A stretch of 64,000 nt of DNA from contig CAWGYA010000008.1 in the NCBI GenBank assembly GCA_963826715.1, forward strand, positions 704,001-768,000. Direction: 5' to 3'. Source of the DNA: Candidatus Bathyarchaeota archaeon. GTDB lineage: Archaea; Thermoproteota; Bathyarchaeia; Bathyarchaeales; Bathycorpusculaceae. Below the pieces are notes generated by a model. That model did no database searches, was not told the origin of the DNA, and worked only from the letters and a program-made list of their open reading frames with translations. Within the stretch, counting starts at the first letter, position 1, and the number at the start of each line of letters is the position of its first letter. The translations under genes and the position numbers were made by a program. Of this stretch, positions 20,174 to 30,141 are shown piece by piece.

Positions 20174-22204
20174 TTATGTCTTCTTTAAGGAACCTTCTCG
20201 TGGCTCATAAATTGTGCCCTCTCGTAACAGCTGCCCAATCATGCGTTCAATTTCTCCACGTGGAATCTTGTGTTTAGTTTCCAGTTCATTAACAAGTGAA
20301 TCGCGTTCCACGATTCCAGTAACTTTTTCCATTTCCATAATGGTGGATAGCACTATACCTAAGCGGTCACGGATGCTCTTGGGTCTGCCAGTCATAATAA
20401 GGTCTATATCAACTTTGTAGGAAGATAAGTCAATGCCTACTTCCTCAAGTGAACGCTTCATGATGGCTATTGCTGCTTCAGCATCTTCGGCACTGACAGT
20501 GTCTCGAAGGGCTACTCGTGCTCGGGCTTCTGCGATACGGACAAGGGACTCCAGTTGGCGCGCTGTAATGGCGACAGGTGAACCTTCTGATTCGCTGGCC
20601 GAACGCATGGCTAAGTAGAAGTCACTGAGTCGTTTGAGTGCTGCCTCGCTAAGCTCTGGCTTGACAGTTTTGGCGTAACTAACATATTTTCTAAGCAATT
20701 CAGCATCTACTTGGGCTTCCACTGGGCTTATTCCGCGTCTGTGGATTTCTAGAATGTGCCTTGACATTTTGCTATCAGATTCTTTGTTTGGGACATCTCG
20801 GAGTACGAAGATGAGATCAAAACGAGAGAGAATAGTGACTGGGAGTGAAATGTTTTCTGCAACTGTACGGTTTGGCTCATATCTGCCAAGGGATGGGTTG
20901 GCGGCTGCTAACACGGCTGTGCGTGCGTTTAGAGTGGCAACTATGCCTCCTTTCGCAACAGAGACCGTGTGCTGTTCCATAGCTTCGTGAATCGCAACTC
21001 GGTCTTCGGGACGCATTTTGTCCATTTCGTCGATACATGCAATGCCTTTATCGGCAAGCACCAATGCCCCTGCTTCAAGACTCATGCTTCCACCCTTCTC
21101 TCGAACAACTGCTGCGGTTAGACCTGCGGCCGTTGTACCTCTGCCAGAAGTATAGAGTCCTCGGGGGGCTATACGGGAAACATATTGGAGCAGTTGAGAT
21201 TTTGCTGTTCCGGGATCGCCAATTATAAGTGCGTTCATTTCCCCTCTAATGTTCATGTCGGGTAGGCTTCTGGATACTCCGCCAAAGAGCAGGTACATGA
21301 CCGCTTCTTTAAGGTGCTCGTTTCCGAAGATAGAAGGAGCGATAGAGGAAATGATTTTTTTGTGTACTAACGGGTCTCTTGAGAGCTCAAGGATTTTTGC
21401 CTCTTCCTCAGGGCTTGGTGGGGAGGTTTCAGGTTCTTTGCCCAGTACCTCGACTGAGTTGGCGTCGAGTTGAAGGATAAATGTGCGAAGTTTCCCCATA
21501 CCCATTAATGAAGGTGCAAAAGCTCTGACGACGCCGACAATGGAAACGTGGTCTCCAGGTCTGGCAACATCCACGATTTCGTCGCCGATGAGTTTACATG
21601 CTAAAACCCTTGGCAATTGCCCAGGTGGTAAATCCTCAGGTTTTTCCTGTAATCTTAAATCCTGTGAATCGATAAATGTAGATTCCTCTTGATTGAACTC
21701 AAATGGTCCATCTCTGCCGCAATCAGGCGCTTGGCAAATCGCCGGGGCTTTGAGGAACTGTCCTGTTTGTTCAACATGGTTTACTGTACCGCAACGCTTG
21801 CATTTGAAAGCTGCGATTTGTACCATGGGTCGTACAGGTGTTGCTCGGACAACGATGCCTTCCACCATGACGAGTTTACTCATTTGGCGTGAGCCGAGTT
21901 TGCGTAGTTGCTCTTTACCAAGTAGTTTTACAATGCGAACGATGATTTTCTCAATTTTCTCTGCGTATTCGGCGTCCTCAATACGTAGTTGCTCATATGC
22001 ACCTTTAGCTGCATGTTGAAGGTACTCTTCAGGTTTAGCTAAAATTTGCTCTGAGAGGGCTCGGTCAAAACCGTAAAGCTCCTCAAAGTCGATTGTTAAG
22101 CTGTTTTTGCCGCTAATCGAAAGCTGCGCGATTCGCTGACGATATTTTTCTTTTTTGAAAAAATCCTGGAAACGTTGTTGCGGGTCAATAGTTTCTAGTG
22201 TCAT
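20174..22204 (-). CDS. mcm: MCM replicative helicase (no intein)
   Basis: Zn finger CKRC..C..C, Walker A GDPGTAKS, IDEMDKM, SRFD, TARQLESLVR. Confidence 0.98.
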   Translation of the reverse strand: MTLETIDPQQRFQDFFKKEKYRQRIAQLSISGKNSLTIDFEELYGFDRALSEQILAKPEEYLQHAAKGAYEQLRIEDAEYAEKIEKIIVRIVKLLGKEQLRKLGSRQMSKLVMVEGIVVRATPVRPMVQIAAFKCKRCGTVNHVEQTGQFLKAPAICQAPDCGRDGPFEFNQEESTFIDSQDLRLQEKPEDLPPGQLPRVLACKLIGDEIVDVARPGDHVSIVGVVRAFAPSLMGMGKLRTFILQLDANSVEVLGKEPETSPPSPEEEAKILELSRDPLVHKKIISSIAPSIFGNEHLKEAVMYLLFGGVSRSLPDMNIRGEMNALIIGDPGTAKSQLLQYVSRIAPRGLYTSGRGTTAAGLTAAVVREKGGSMSLEAGALVLADKGIACIDEMDKMRPEDRVAIHEAMEQHTVSVAKGGIVATLNARTAVLAAANPSLGRYEPNRTVAENISLPVTILSRFDLIFVLRDVPNKESDSKMSRHILEIHRRGISPVEAQVDAELLRKYVSYAKTVKPELSEAALKRLSDFYLAMRSASESEGSPVAITARQLESLVRIAEARARVALRDTVSAEDAEAAIAIMKRSLEEVGIDLSSYKVDIDLIMTGRPKSIRDRLGIVLSTIMEMEKVTGIVERDSLVNELETKHKIPRGEIERMIGQLLREGTIYEPREGSLKKT

Positions 22205-22210
22205 AAATTA

Positions 22211-22807
22211 TTAAGCTCCGTTTTCCAGAATCTTGGCTTTCCACTCAGAGATAATTTTGACGAGCTGTTCATAGAGAAGTTTCTCTTCATCTGTAAGTTT
22301 TTTGAGCACCTGCTCACTTTGAGCTGGGGCAGATGAAAGAGCTACGATTTTTTTAAGTCGTGAATTCACGATATCGCGTGCAAGCTGTTTCGTGCGGTCA
22401 TACTCGTGAAATTTTTCTGATTGCTGAGTTCGGGTGGCTTGGTCTTTTTGGTCACCCAGAAACCTGCGTAGTTTAGGGTAGAAATCTTCAGGTAATTCAC
22501 CGATTTGCCCGGGGATTTGAACGCCTTCTTTCCACTGTGCTTTATAGAGTTTGGTTGTATCCAAGATGTCATCTTCGCGGAAATGAACAAGCCCAGCGGA
22601 CGCAAGTTCCTTTGCCACCCAAAAGTGAACTTCATAATCGTTGCCCTCATCAAAGGGACCTACAGTTAAGCCTGAAAGTTTGATTTCGGGGCAATTTCGG
22701 TTTGCTATTATTTTAACCATGGAATTCTCATAACAAAAATCCAAGGTACATATTCTGTTTGCTACCACTCTTTTGTCCCTCCCAAACATCTCCTTTTCAG
22801 GGTTCAA
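22211..22807 (-). CDS. GINS subunit Gins23
   Basis: B-domain first (GPF..EVHFWVAKEL), then LPEDFY, RLKKI, LTDEE; immediately upstream of mcm; start uncertain. Confidence 0.82.
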   Translation of the reverse strand: MNPEKEMFGRDKRVVANRICTLDFCYENSMVKIIANRNCPEIKLSGLTVGPFDEGNDYEVHFWVAKELASAGLVHFREDDILDTTKLYKAQWKEGVQIPGQIGELPEDFYPKLRRFLGDQKDQATRTQQSEKFHEYDRTKQLARDIVNSRLKKIVALSSAPAQSEQVLKKLTDEEKLLYEQLVKIISEWKAKILENGA

Positions 22808-23023
22808 AAGATATGGTAAATAGAGTTTTAAGGGTTTGCACTAGATGTTTTGGGCCTACCGGAGATGTTGGAACTGCAGTTTTAGGCATTATTTGTGTTT
22901 TTTTTATTTACTTTGAACAAACCTTCTAGCCAAATGGGCTAATACGCTCATTTATAGCACATTGTTAATACTCCGTAGCTTTAGGGTAAATCCAAAAAAT
23001 TTATTTTTTCTTCTGTTTCGATT

Positions 23024-24274
23024 TCAGGGCCAAAGTCCAAGTGTCTTTATTGCATTCGCCACGCGACCAACTCCTAGCATTAACGCGCCTGTTCGCATAT
23101 CGCTTTCTTGTCGTGCCACCACCGCCTCCACGTCGTTGAATGCCTTGGTCATTTTCTCCTCCAGCTTGCGATTTACCATCTCTAGAGGCCATTGCTCCCT
23201 TGTAAGGTTCTGTACCCATTCGAAATAACTGACTGTGACGCCCCCGCTATTGGCAAGTATGTCGGGGATGAGGCAGATTTCTTTTTCAAAGAGGATTTTG
23301 TCGGCTTCAGGGGTGGTTGGTCCGTTGGCGGCTTCGGCTACCATTTTTGCTTTGATGTGATCAGCGTTTTTCGCTGTGATTTGACTCTCCAATGCGGCGG
23401 GGATAAGTATATCGCATTCTAACTGCAGGAGTTCCTCGTTTGTAATATTTTTGCAGCCCCGATATCCCTGTAGACTGCCCGTTTTCTCTTTATGTACCAA
23501 AACATCTGCTGGAACCATTCCGTTAGGGTTAAAGATACCGCCAATTGAGTCGCTAACAGCCACCACAGTGTAACCTACCTCCCTTGCAGCCTCGGCAGCA
23601 TGATAGCCCACATTGCCAAAGCCCTGAATCGCAACGGTTACGTCCTTGAGCTTTAAGCAGTTGTTGGCGATTGCTTGTTTTACGCAATGGATAACACCTC
23701 TGCCTGTAGCTTCGGTTCTGCCCCAGGAACCGCCTATTTCAACGGGTTTGCCTGTGACGGCTTCGGGAATGCGATAGCCTTTGATTTGACTATAAGTGTC
23801 CATTATCCAAGCCATTGTCTGTTGGTCAGTGTACATGTCGGGTGCTATTATATCTCGATGTGGACCTAGATACTCGATGATAAGACTTACATACCTACGA
23901 GTTAGTCGCTCTAGTTCGAGTTGACTGAGTTTTTTGCTATCCACGCATATGCCACCTTTTGCACCTCCGAAGGGGATGTCAGCTATTGCACATTTCCACG
24001 TCATGAGCATTGCAAGTGCTGTTACATCGTTTAAGCTAGTGTTGGGTGAGTAACGGAGACCTCCTTTGAAGGGTCCACGAGCGTCCCAATGCTGCACTCG
24101 TATACCGTTGAAGACACCCACGGAGCCATCGTCCATATGCACGTCCATGCTGACAGTTATGCTACGTTTGGGATGGTTTAGCATGCGTTGCAATCCGGCG
24201 TCTAAGTCTAGTTTTTTGGATGCTAGATCAAGTTGAGATAGTGTTACTGATAGCGGTGTGTGATCTTCCGACAT
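23024..24274 (-). CDS. gdhA: glutamate dehydrogenase
   Basis: RGPFKGGLRY, MTWKCA, PFGGAKGG, VTGKP, ATGRG, QGFGNVG, EAANGP, PDILANSGGVTVSYFEW. Confidence 0.95.
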   Translation of the reverse strand: MSEDHTPLSVTLSQLDLASKKLDLDAGLQRMLNHPKRSITVSMDVHMDDGSVGVFNGIRVQHWDARGPFKGGLRYSPNTSLNDVTALAMLMTWKCAIADIPFGGAKGGICVDSKKLSQLELERLTRRYVSLIIEYLGPHRDIIAPDMYTDQQTMAWIMDTYSQIKGYRIPEAVTGKPVEIGGSWGRTEATGRGVIHCVKQAIANNCLKLKDVTVAIQGFGNVGYHAAEAAREVGYTVVAVSDSIGGIFNPNGMVPADVLVHKEKTGSLQGYRGCKNITNEELLQLECDILIPAALESQITAKNADHIKAKMVAEAANGPTTPEADKILFEKEICLIPDILANSGGVTVSYFEWVQNLTREQWPLEMVNRKLEEKMTKAFNDVEAVVARQESDMRTGALMLGVGRVANAIKTLGLWP

Positions 24275-24476
24275 AATGGGCCTTCTACGTCAAAACATTG
24301 TTTGGGGTCGTTAAATAAGACTTCTCTTGGTTTTTCTATGTTTGGTTGATGTTCTTATATACATAACAGTTTTTGCTATTTCAATTGCTGTTATTATATA
24401 ATTTCTATTGTTTATATGTATTAAATACAATTTATTAGGTTTAATAAACTTATTTTTTTTAAAATTACCCTTAACT

Positions 24477-24785
24477 TTACTTATCCCTTAGACACTGTGG
24501 GCATACGCAACCAAACGGTAAATTTTTAGTCGTGCATACTTCAATGTAGCTGCAGAGCTTACACGGAAAATCTTTACCACATTGAGTGCAATATTGAAGA
24601 AAAAGCACTTCATCACCCAGTATATCACTGATGGCTACTATTACTGTTTCAATGGTATTGTAGCTTTTAATCATGAATAGCCCTTTCTCGCGGCTATAAT
24701 CCAGGCCCAGGTGCATAAGGCTAACGAATTTTTCTTTATCCAGCCGCGGAAGCTTAAAGCCTTTGCCGTTCAAAACAATAACCAT
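24477..24785 (-). CDS. small hypothetical protein with C-terminal Cys cluster (putative Zn binding)
   Basis: CTQC..CKLC..C..CVCPQC; starts 4 nt after the rfcL stop. Confidence 0.6.
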   Translation of the reverse strand: MVIVLNGKGFKLPRLDKEKFVSLMHLGLDYSREKGLFMIKSYNTIETVIVAISDILGDEVLFLQYCTQCGKDFPCKLCSYIEVCTTKNLPFGCVCPQCLRDK

Positions 24786-24788
24786 CTG

Positions 24789-26030
24789 TTAGTACCTACC
24801 CATTTTTATTAGAAAATCCACTTCTTCGGGAGTAAACTTAAACCATGCTGCAAGGGGGTTGCTACGTTGTTTTTGCAGGATCAACTTGATGTAGGGGACA
24901 AAATCATGTTTGGCGGTTTCGATAGATACGTGGCATTGGGTGCCGATTTTTCTGCATATGCTATTGAGGTTAGTGCGTTTTCCTTTAGTCCAGAACAAGG
25001 TGATGATTCGGATGGGCGGGGTTATTAGGGTGAAAGATTTGTATGATTCTGGGTTCACCGATGCGGCTTGTGCCAATTCGTTGAAGAAATATTTGAGCAG
25101 ATGCCAATTTTCAGTGCCAATTCTGCCCCGGAACATGTCAGCCTGAGACACAAAATCAAAGGCTTTAGCTAGTTCCCCTGGTTCAGTGTAACGTTTGGGT
25201 AAGTTGTCGGCTACGGAGAGCAGAAAATCATCGTAATCAATGTTGGAGTAACTCAGTAGCCTCGAAACATCAGCTATGGCGGAGGATGAAAAGAAACCCC
25301 GCAACGTATCATCCATGCTTATGTCTTTGTTTCGACTGCTCAACATCACGGTATCTTGGAGAGTTAAGATATGGTTTTCTTCGCTGAGACTTTGCAAATC
25401 GTTGATGGCAGAACGAACGTCCCCCTTGCTGTTTTGGGCGATGCGTTCAAGCGCTTCAAACTCCGCCTGAACATGTTCTAAAAGACAAATTTTCTGGAGC
25501 AATGCGATGATGAGTGGGATGCGGACCTGTTGGAAACGCACCAGTAAACAGGTCCTCTTTAGGGGTCTAAGCTTGTCTATTTCGGGGTCGTTTGCCGCCA
25601 TTATTACGGGGACTAGTGATTGCTCGATGATTTTAATGATAGCGTTAACGCCGCCGCGGTCTTCGTTACCTGCGATGCCGTCGACCTCATCGAGGAACAG
25701 CACATTGCCAAGTGTATTATTTCGTTCTCCCGTAAAGCTGTCAAGTGACTTATAGGATGTTGCAGGTTTAGCGACAGCGTTTATGGCCTTCTCAGAGCGT
25801 GTGTCGCTTGCGTTCATTTCTACGGCGGTGAAGCCGAATTCTCTAGATGCGGCGAGGATCAACGCGGTTTTGCCTACACCTGCAGGGCCAGAGAGTAACA
25901 CAGCTTTCTTTGTGTGCCGCTTGTTTTTTAGCCACTCTAGAAACAGCGCCTTAGCTTCGTCGTTGCCAACTACATCCTCGATTTTTTTGGGGCGGTACTT
26001 CTCAACCCATAGCAGATCATTTCGTTGCAT
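24789..26030 (-). CDS. rfcL: replication factor C large subunit
   Basis: WVEKYRP, GPAGVGKT, EMNASDTR, DEVDG, GDVRSAINDLQ. Confidence 0.93.
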   Translation of the reverse strand: MQRNDLLWVEKYRPKKIEDVVGNDEAKALFLEWLKNKRHTKKAVLLSGPAGVGKTALILAASREFGFTAVEMNASDTRSEKAINAVAKPATSYKSLDSFTGERNNTLGNVLFLDEVDGIAGNEDRGGVNAIIKIIEQSLVPVIMAANDPEIDKLRPLKRTCLLVRFQQVRIPLIIALLQKICLLEHVQAEFEALERIAQNSKGDVRSAINDLQSLSEENHILTLQDTVMLSSRNKDISMDDTLRGFFSSSAIADVSRLLSYSNIDYDDFLLSVADNLPKRYTEPGELAKAFDFVSQADMFRGRIGTENWHLLKYFFNELAQAASVNPESYKSFTLITPPIRIITLFWTKGKRTNLNSICRKIGTQCHVSIETAKHDFVPYIKLILQKQRSNPLAAWFKFTPEEVDFLIKMGRY

Positions 26031-27027
26031 AGTTTTCCTCTATACCTTTCCCGAATTTGGCAAACTGCGCAAGTAGAGCGCTGAGTTGGATGTCACTGTT
26101 AGCTCCCTGTGTTAAGCGATAATCATATTCACCAATGACCTGTGAAATGTCGGCTTTCTGCTCTGCCGTTAAATCTGACATTTTGAAGATTTCCCGTTGC
26201 ACCTGACGAATAATTTCTGAGCCAGAGAAACCAAAGTTGCCCATTATGTCATACATGGTTTTCCTTGCTTCCAAAAAGTCACCGTAGAGAGCTTTACGTA
26301 TCATCTTCTGTACCAGCATTGGGCTGGCTTCGCCTATGACCAAAGATACTGTTTTCTCATCTACTTCGCCTTCTTTATAGGCAGATGCGGTTTGCAGCGC
26401 GTTGATGGCGTGACGTAAATCGCCCTCGGAGTAATCTACGATTCGCTCCGCCGCTTCAGGTAACAACGTCAAATGCTCCTTCTGCGCGATGCACATTAGG
26501 TGCTCTTTCATGGCTTGTCGGTCAAGGCGCGAGAAGCGGAATATGGCGCATCGACTTTGGATGGGTTCGATTATCTTGCTTGATTGATTGCAGATTAATA
26601 TGAAGCGGCTGGTGCGGCTACCGATTTCCATGATACGCCTAAGCGCGGTTTGTGCTGGACCCGTCATCTGGTCGCATTCATCGAGAATGATGAGTGCGAA
26701 GGGTATATTGCCACCGAAACCGGTGCGACTATATCGACTGAAATCTTTAATACGGTCGCGCACGGTGTCGATGCCGCGTTCGTCAGAAGCGTTGAGTTCC
26801 AATGTGAAGTTTCGCCAACTGTCGCCGTAAAGAGTGTGGGCGATGGCGAGTGCTATGGTGGTTTTTCCTGTGCCGGGGATGCCTGCCAGCATAAGATGGG
26901 GCATAGTTTTTGGGTTCTTCATAAAAGCCTTGAGGCTTTCTTTAATGTCTGTTAAGCCTACGATTTCATCGAGGTTTCGAGGTCGATACTTCTCAACCCA
27001 CATAAGTGAATCTTGGTTAACTGCCAT
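26017..27027 (-). CDS. rfcS: replication factor C small subunit
   Basis: WVEKYRP, GIPGTGKT, LELNASDERGID, DECD, IIEPIQSRC, GDLRHAIN. Confidence 0.95.
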   Translation of the reverse strand: MAVNQDSLMWVEKYRPRNLDEIVGLTDIKESLKAFMKNPKTMPHLMLAGIPGTGKTTIALAIAHTLYGDSWRNFTLELNASDERGIDTVRDRIKDFSRYSRTGFGGNIPFALIILDECDQMTGPAQTALRRIMEIGSRTSRFILICNQSSKIIEPIQSRCAIFRFSRLDRQAMKEHLMCIAQKEHLTLLPEAAERIVDYSEGDLRHAINALQTASAYKEGEVDEKTVSLVIGEASPMLVQKMIRKALYGDFLEARKTMYDIMGNFGFSGSEIIRQVQREIFKMSDLTAEQKADISQVIGEYDYRLTQGANSDIQLSALLAQFAKFGKGIEENYATK

Positions 27028-27169
27028 AAACGAGACCTTCCACAATAAATCAGTAAAATATCCTCTACCATAATTAATTTAACTTTTCCTATAACCGTAA
27101 GAATAAATTTAAACGACTTTCTTTTCTGAAAATTGCCGAGGCATAAAGTTTTTCATTAGCTGTCTTTTT

Positions 27170-27502
27170 TTAACAGATTTTACTGCCTTCGGCCAGGTCT
27201 TTTTCGGGTTGTAATATCGATACGTTCCCTGGTTCATCTTCAGCCGCTAGAATCATGCACTGTGACTCAAGTCCCGCTATTTTTCGTATTTGAAGGTTGA
27301 GGAGGAACACGCATTTTTTGCCCACCAACTCTTCTGGTTGGTAGTATTTAAGTAGCCCAGCGACGCATTGACGTTTTTCTTCTCCAAAATCCACCTGGAT
27401 TTGGATGAGTTTTTTGGATTCGGGGACCGGGATGGCATCAACTATTTTGCCAATGCGCAGATCAATTTTCTCAAAGTCAGTAAAACTTATTTCCTCTACC
27501 AT
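27170..27502 (-). CDS. tRNA-binding OB-fold protein (Trbp111/CsaA/MetRS C-terminal-like)
   Basis: DFEKIDLRIGKI, KLIQIQVDFGEEKRQ, NL..RKIAGLESQCMILAA. Confidence 0.9.
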   Translation of the reverse strand: MVEEISFTDFEKIDLRIGKIVDAIPVPESKKLIQIQVDFGEEKRQCVAGLLKYYQPEELVGKKCVFLLNLQIRKIAGLESQCMILAAEDEPGNVSILQPEKDLAEGSKIC

Positions 27503-27698
27503 CTGTTTACACGGAGCAAATGTTACCGCGAGTTGGAATATTTACTTTGCTTTCTTTGTCCGACCAGTCACGTCTATGATAGAAACTTGTAGCCTAAACA
27601 TTGGTTCGATGATGTCGGTTTTGGTCCCTGCACAGGTGGATACCACATCTTTAGGTGAAGAAAGCCAAAGAAATACAACATCTACCTTCGAGAAATTC

Positions 27699-28373
27699 TC
27701 AGATAGTTTGGGCTTTACTTTTTATTTTTTTCTTTCGCTTAGCCGTGGTTTTGGGTACTTCAAGATTTTTGAGGTAATCCTCAAGCGATTTGCGTCGAAC
27801 TTCCAAGGTTATATCACCTCGGGTTGATTCGATGATTCGCCTTCCGATGTCAGATTTGTGCCGTAGTCCTGGAACCAACATATATGCTTCATCGAGCGCG
27901 AGAAGTTGAATAAAGATTTGGTCCATTACTTCAAGGCACCCTACGCCCTTTTCTACTTTACCATCCCGAAGATAATCCAGAGCCAACCGCCTATATTCAC
28001 CAATAACATCTGCTAACCCAAGTACATAGTCAACTGAAGGCACGTTGATTTCGAGGGGGGTAACAAAACGATTCTCTCCAACCAAAGTCAAAAGAATAGA
28101 TGCTTCCGAGAATTCCTGCATCGCCGCGTTGAACATCCCGCCGTAGATAATTTCTGGGTACTTCTTGGATAAGACCTGCAGATTTTGGATTTTCTCTTTT
28201 GCCTCTGCCAGCATCTTTGAGGCGTCGCCTTGGCGTTTTTGGTGTAACAGCAGAATTGCCTGTTTTGAGAGACTGGTGGCCTTGCGCATGCTCTCATGGG
28301 TTTCTTCGCGAACCTGATTTTTCGTCATAAGCTCAGTTTTGATTTGATCAATGACTTTTTCAAGGGAAGACAA
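27699..28373 (-). CDS. translin/TRAX-family protein
   Basis: RE..R..SKQAI, QEFSEA, YVLGLADVIGEYRR, LRHKSD; TTG start at 28373 preferred. Confidence 0.85.
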   Translation of the reverse strand: MSSLEKVIDQIKTELMTKNQVREETHESMRKATSLSKQAILLLHQKRQGDASKMLAEAKEKIQNLQVLSKKYPEIIYGGMFNAAMQEFSEASILLTLVGENRFVTPLEINVPSVDYVLGLADVIGEYRRLALDYLRDGKVEKGVGCLEVMDQIFIQLLALDEAYMLVPGLRHKSDIGRRIIESTRGDITLEVRRKSLEDYLKNLEVPKTTAKRKKKIKSKAQTI

Positions 28374-28437
28374 AATTTGCCACCAAAATAGTAGAATGGT
28401 TGGGTTGTTTATTTCAATTTCTAAGTAGAAGTATGCT

Positions 28438-28620
28438 TTAGGGTTCCTGCCATTTCTCAACTAAAAGTTTACTGTCACCTAACTCGAAGTTTACTTTAAC
28501 GAAGATTGCGTCTGCACCTTTGATTGGGAACATACTGTCCTCAGCAAGGTTTTTGGGGAGATAAACTAGATATTTGCCGTCTTTTCTGCGGAATAGCCTT
28601 CCTTTCCCTTCGCTTACCAT
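28438..28620 (-). CDS. small AbrB-like (swapped-hairpin) hypothetical protein
   Basis: 60 aa, 'KYLVYLPKNLAEDSMFP..VKVNFE..KLLVEK' pattern; upstream TATA-like element. Confidence 0.55.
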   Translation of the reverse strand: MVSEGKGRLFRRKDGKYLVYLPKNLAEDSMFPIKGADAIFVKVNFELGDSKLLVEKWQEP

Positions 28621-29231
28621 GATTAGTTACCGTTTAGTTGTTAGAGCATTAGGGCAAAAAAATAGTATTTAAGTATATCCAACTTGGGCAATGTCTGTTT
28701 TAATTCATTCTATTCCTGCTTCAAGCATACACTCTCGTTTGGCTCTTCAGGCATCGTTTTATATGGCAAAAAGCCTCAGTCCAAAGAACTTCTGTGTCCT
28801 CGACAATTTTTTCTTCTGATTAGATATATGTTAATCCAACAAGGAATGCCTTATTATAGAGAATCGCTGATCTCTTTGCCCTATAGTTTTCTTAGCTTAG
28901 ATGGATTGGATTTCACCCATTTACGTCCCCGTTGAGGATATGTTCAAGATATACAAATTTTCCAGTTTCTTCATCAATAGCTAACTCCGTATACAACTCG
29001 TCACCTGATCTTCTTGAGAGGAACGGCTATATGTTTCTCAAATGTAATGTCCTAATGAAAGCTTTTAAAAATGGGTCATGCATTTGCAGTGGTACAGAAT
29101 TAGGGTTTTCCAGAGCGCTTAAAATTTATTTGCCTTCTTACCCTTTTATTTATTGGAGAGTGATACAGTTTTCTATTCCGTCTAAACTAACCGACCTCCT
29201 AAAACGCAAGGCACTGCAGGAAGAGGTATTT

Positions 29232-30026
29232 GTGCGGCAGTTTTTGAAGGGAACCAAAGACGCAGATTTAGGTGTCTTCTGCGATTTATTCTCAGCTAAA
29301 AGCTGTTTGACGGGGCAAGACGGTGGCGTAGTAACGGCGCTGCTCCAGAAAGGCTTGGGCGAGGGTCTTTTTGACGCTGCTATCATGGTGCGTCGAATGG
29401 AAGGGTACACTGCTGACGTTGTGGTTGCCGAAAACCCACACGATATCTCTGCCTCAAGCGGCACAAGCTACCTCAAAGTCAACGTCACAGCCAAACTCCG
29501 CGAACTTATCGCACGGGGTAAAAAACGTTTAGCCATTGTCTGCACGCCCTGTGAGATCCACACAGTAAGAAAAATTCAGCACTCCCTTCCAGGTGACTGC
29601 AAAATCACAATCATTGGCTTGTTCTGTTTTGAAGCTTTTAACCGCGATAAGCTGAAGCAACAGGTTAAAGAGCGCCTCGGTGTCGATTTAGATAACGTAA
29701 AGAAAACGAAGGTTCACAACGGAAAATTTACGGCAGACTTTGATGGTGGCGAAGTCAGTTGCAAGGTAAAGGACCTCGATTGCGCCGCGGAGAAGGTATG
29801 CACTTTCTGTGATGATTTTGTTTCGCGACTGGCGGATGTTTCGGTTGGTTCCGTGGGCAGCAGGCAAGGCTACTCCACGGTGATTGTGCGTTCAGATGTC
29901 GGCAAGACACTGGTGGCAAACCATGATTTTGCTTTGGAACCAGCAGATAAAGCTGAAGTTGCACGATTATGTGAGCTTAAGAGAATTCGGGCTAAAAAGA
30001 GCTTTTCTTGTTTAAATAGTCATTGA
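29232..30026 (+). CDS. coenzyme F420 hydrogenase/dehydrogenase beta-subunit family (FrhB/FdhB)
   Basis: GQDGGVVTALL, CTPCE, IGLFC, CxxCxD..LADVSVGSVGS..GYSTVIVRS; the upstream part of the tracked ORF (28932-29231) looks non-coding. Confidence 0.85.
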   Translation: MRQFLKGTKDADLGVFCDLFSAKSCLTGQDGGVVTALLQKGLGEGLFDAAIMVRRMEGYTADVVVAENPHDISASSGTSYLKVNVTAKLRELIARGKKRLAIVCTPCEIHTVRKIQHSLPGDCKITIIGLFCFEAFNRDKLKQQVKERLGVDLDNVKKTKVHNGKFTADFDGGEVSCKVKDLDCAAEKVCTFCDDFVSRLADVSVGSVGSRQGYSTVIVRSDVGKTLVANHDFALEPADKAEVARLCELKRIRAKKSFSCLNSH

Positions 30027-30141
30027 ACAGGCGGGTTTTGGAGTTGTTGCCTTTTTATGGTCTTAACCTTTGGATACCCCTGCGGATTGCAAAAGATTTT
30101 TTAACTCAAAAGCCTCCCCTCTATGACTGAGATGAATCTCG

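Noticed and set aside
20174-27045. Inteins in MCM or RFC
   Set aside because: Lengths are normal and motifs are contiguous
27505-27698. Short open frame on the minus strand (DVVFLWLSSPK...KKAK) and the antisense 140-aa ORF
   Set aside because: No convincing start or recognisable motif
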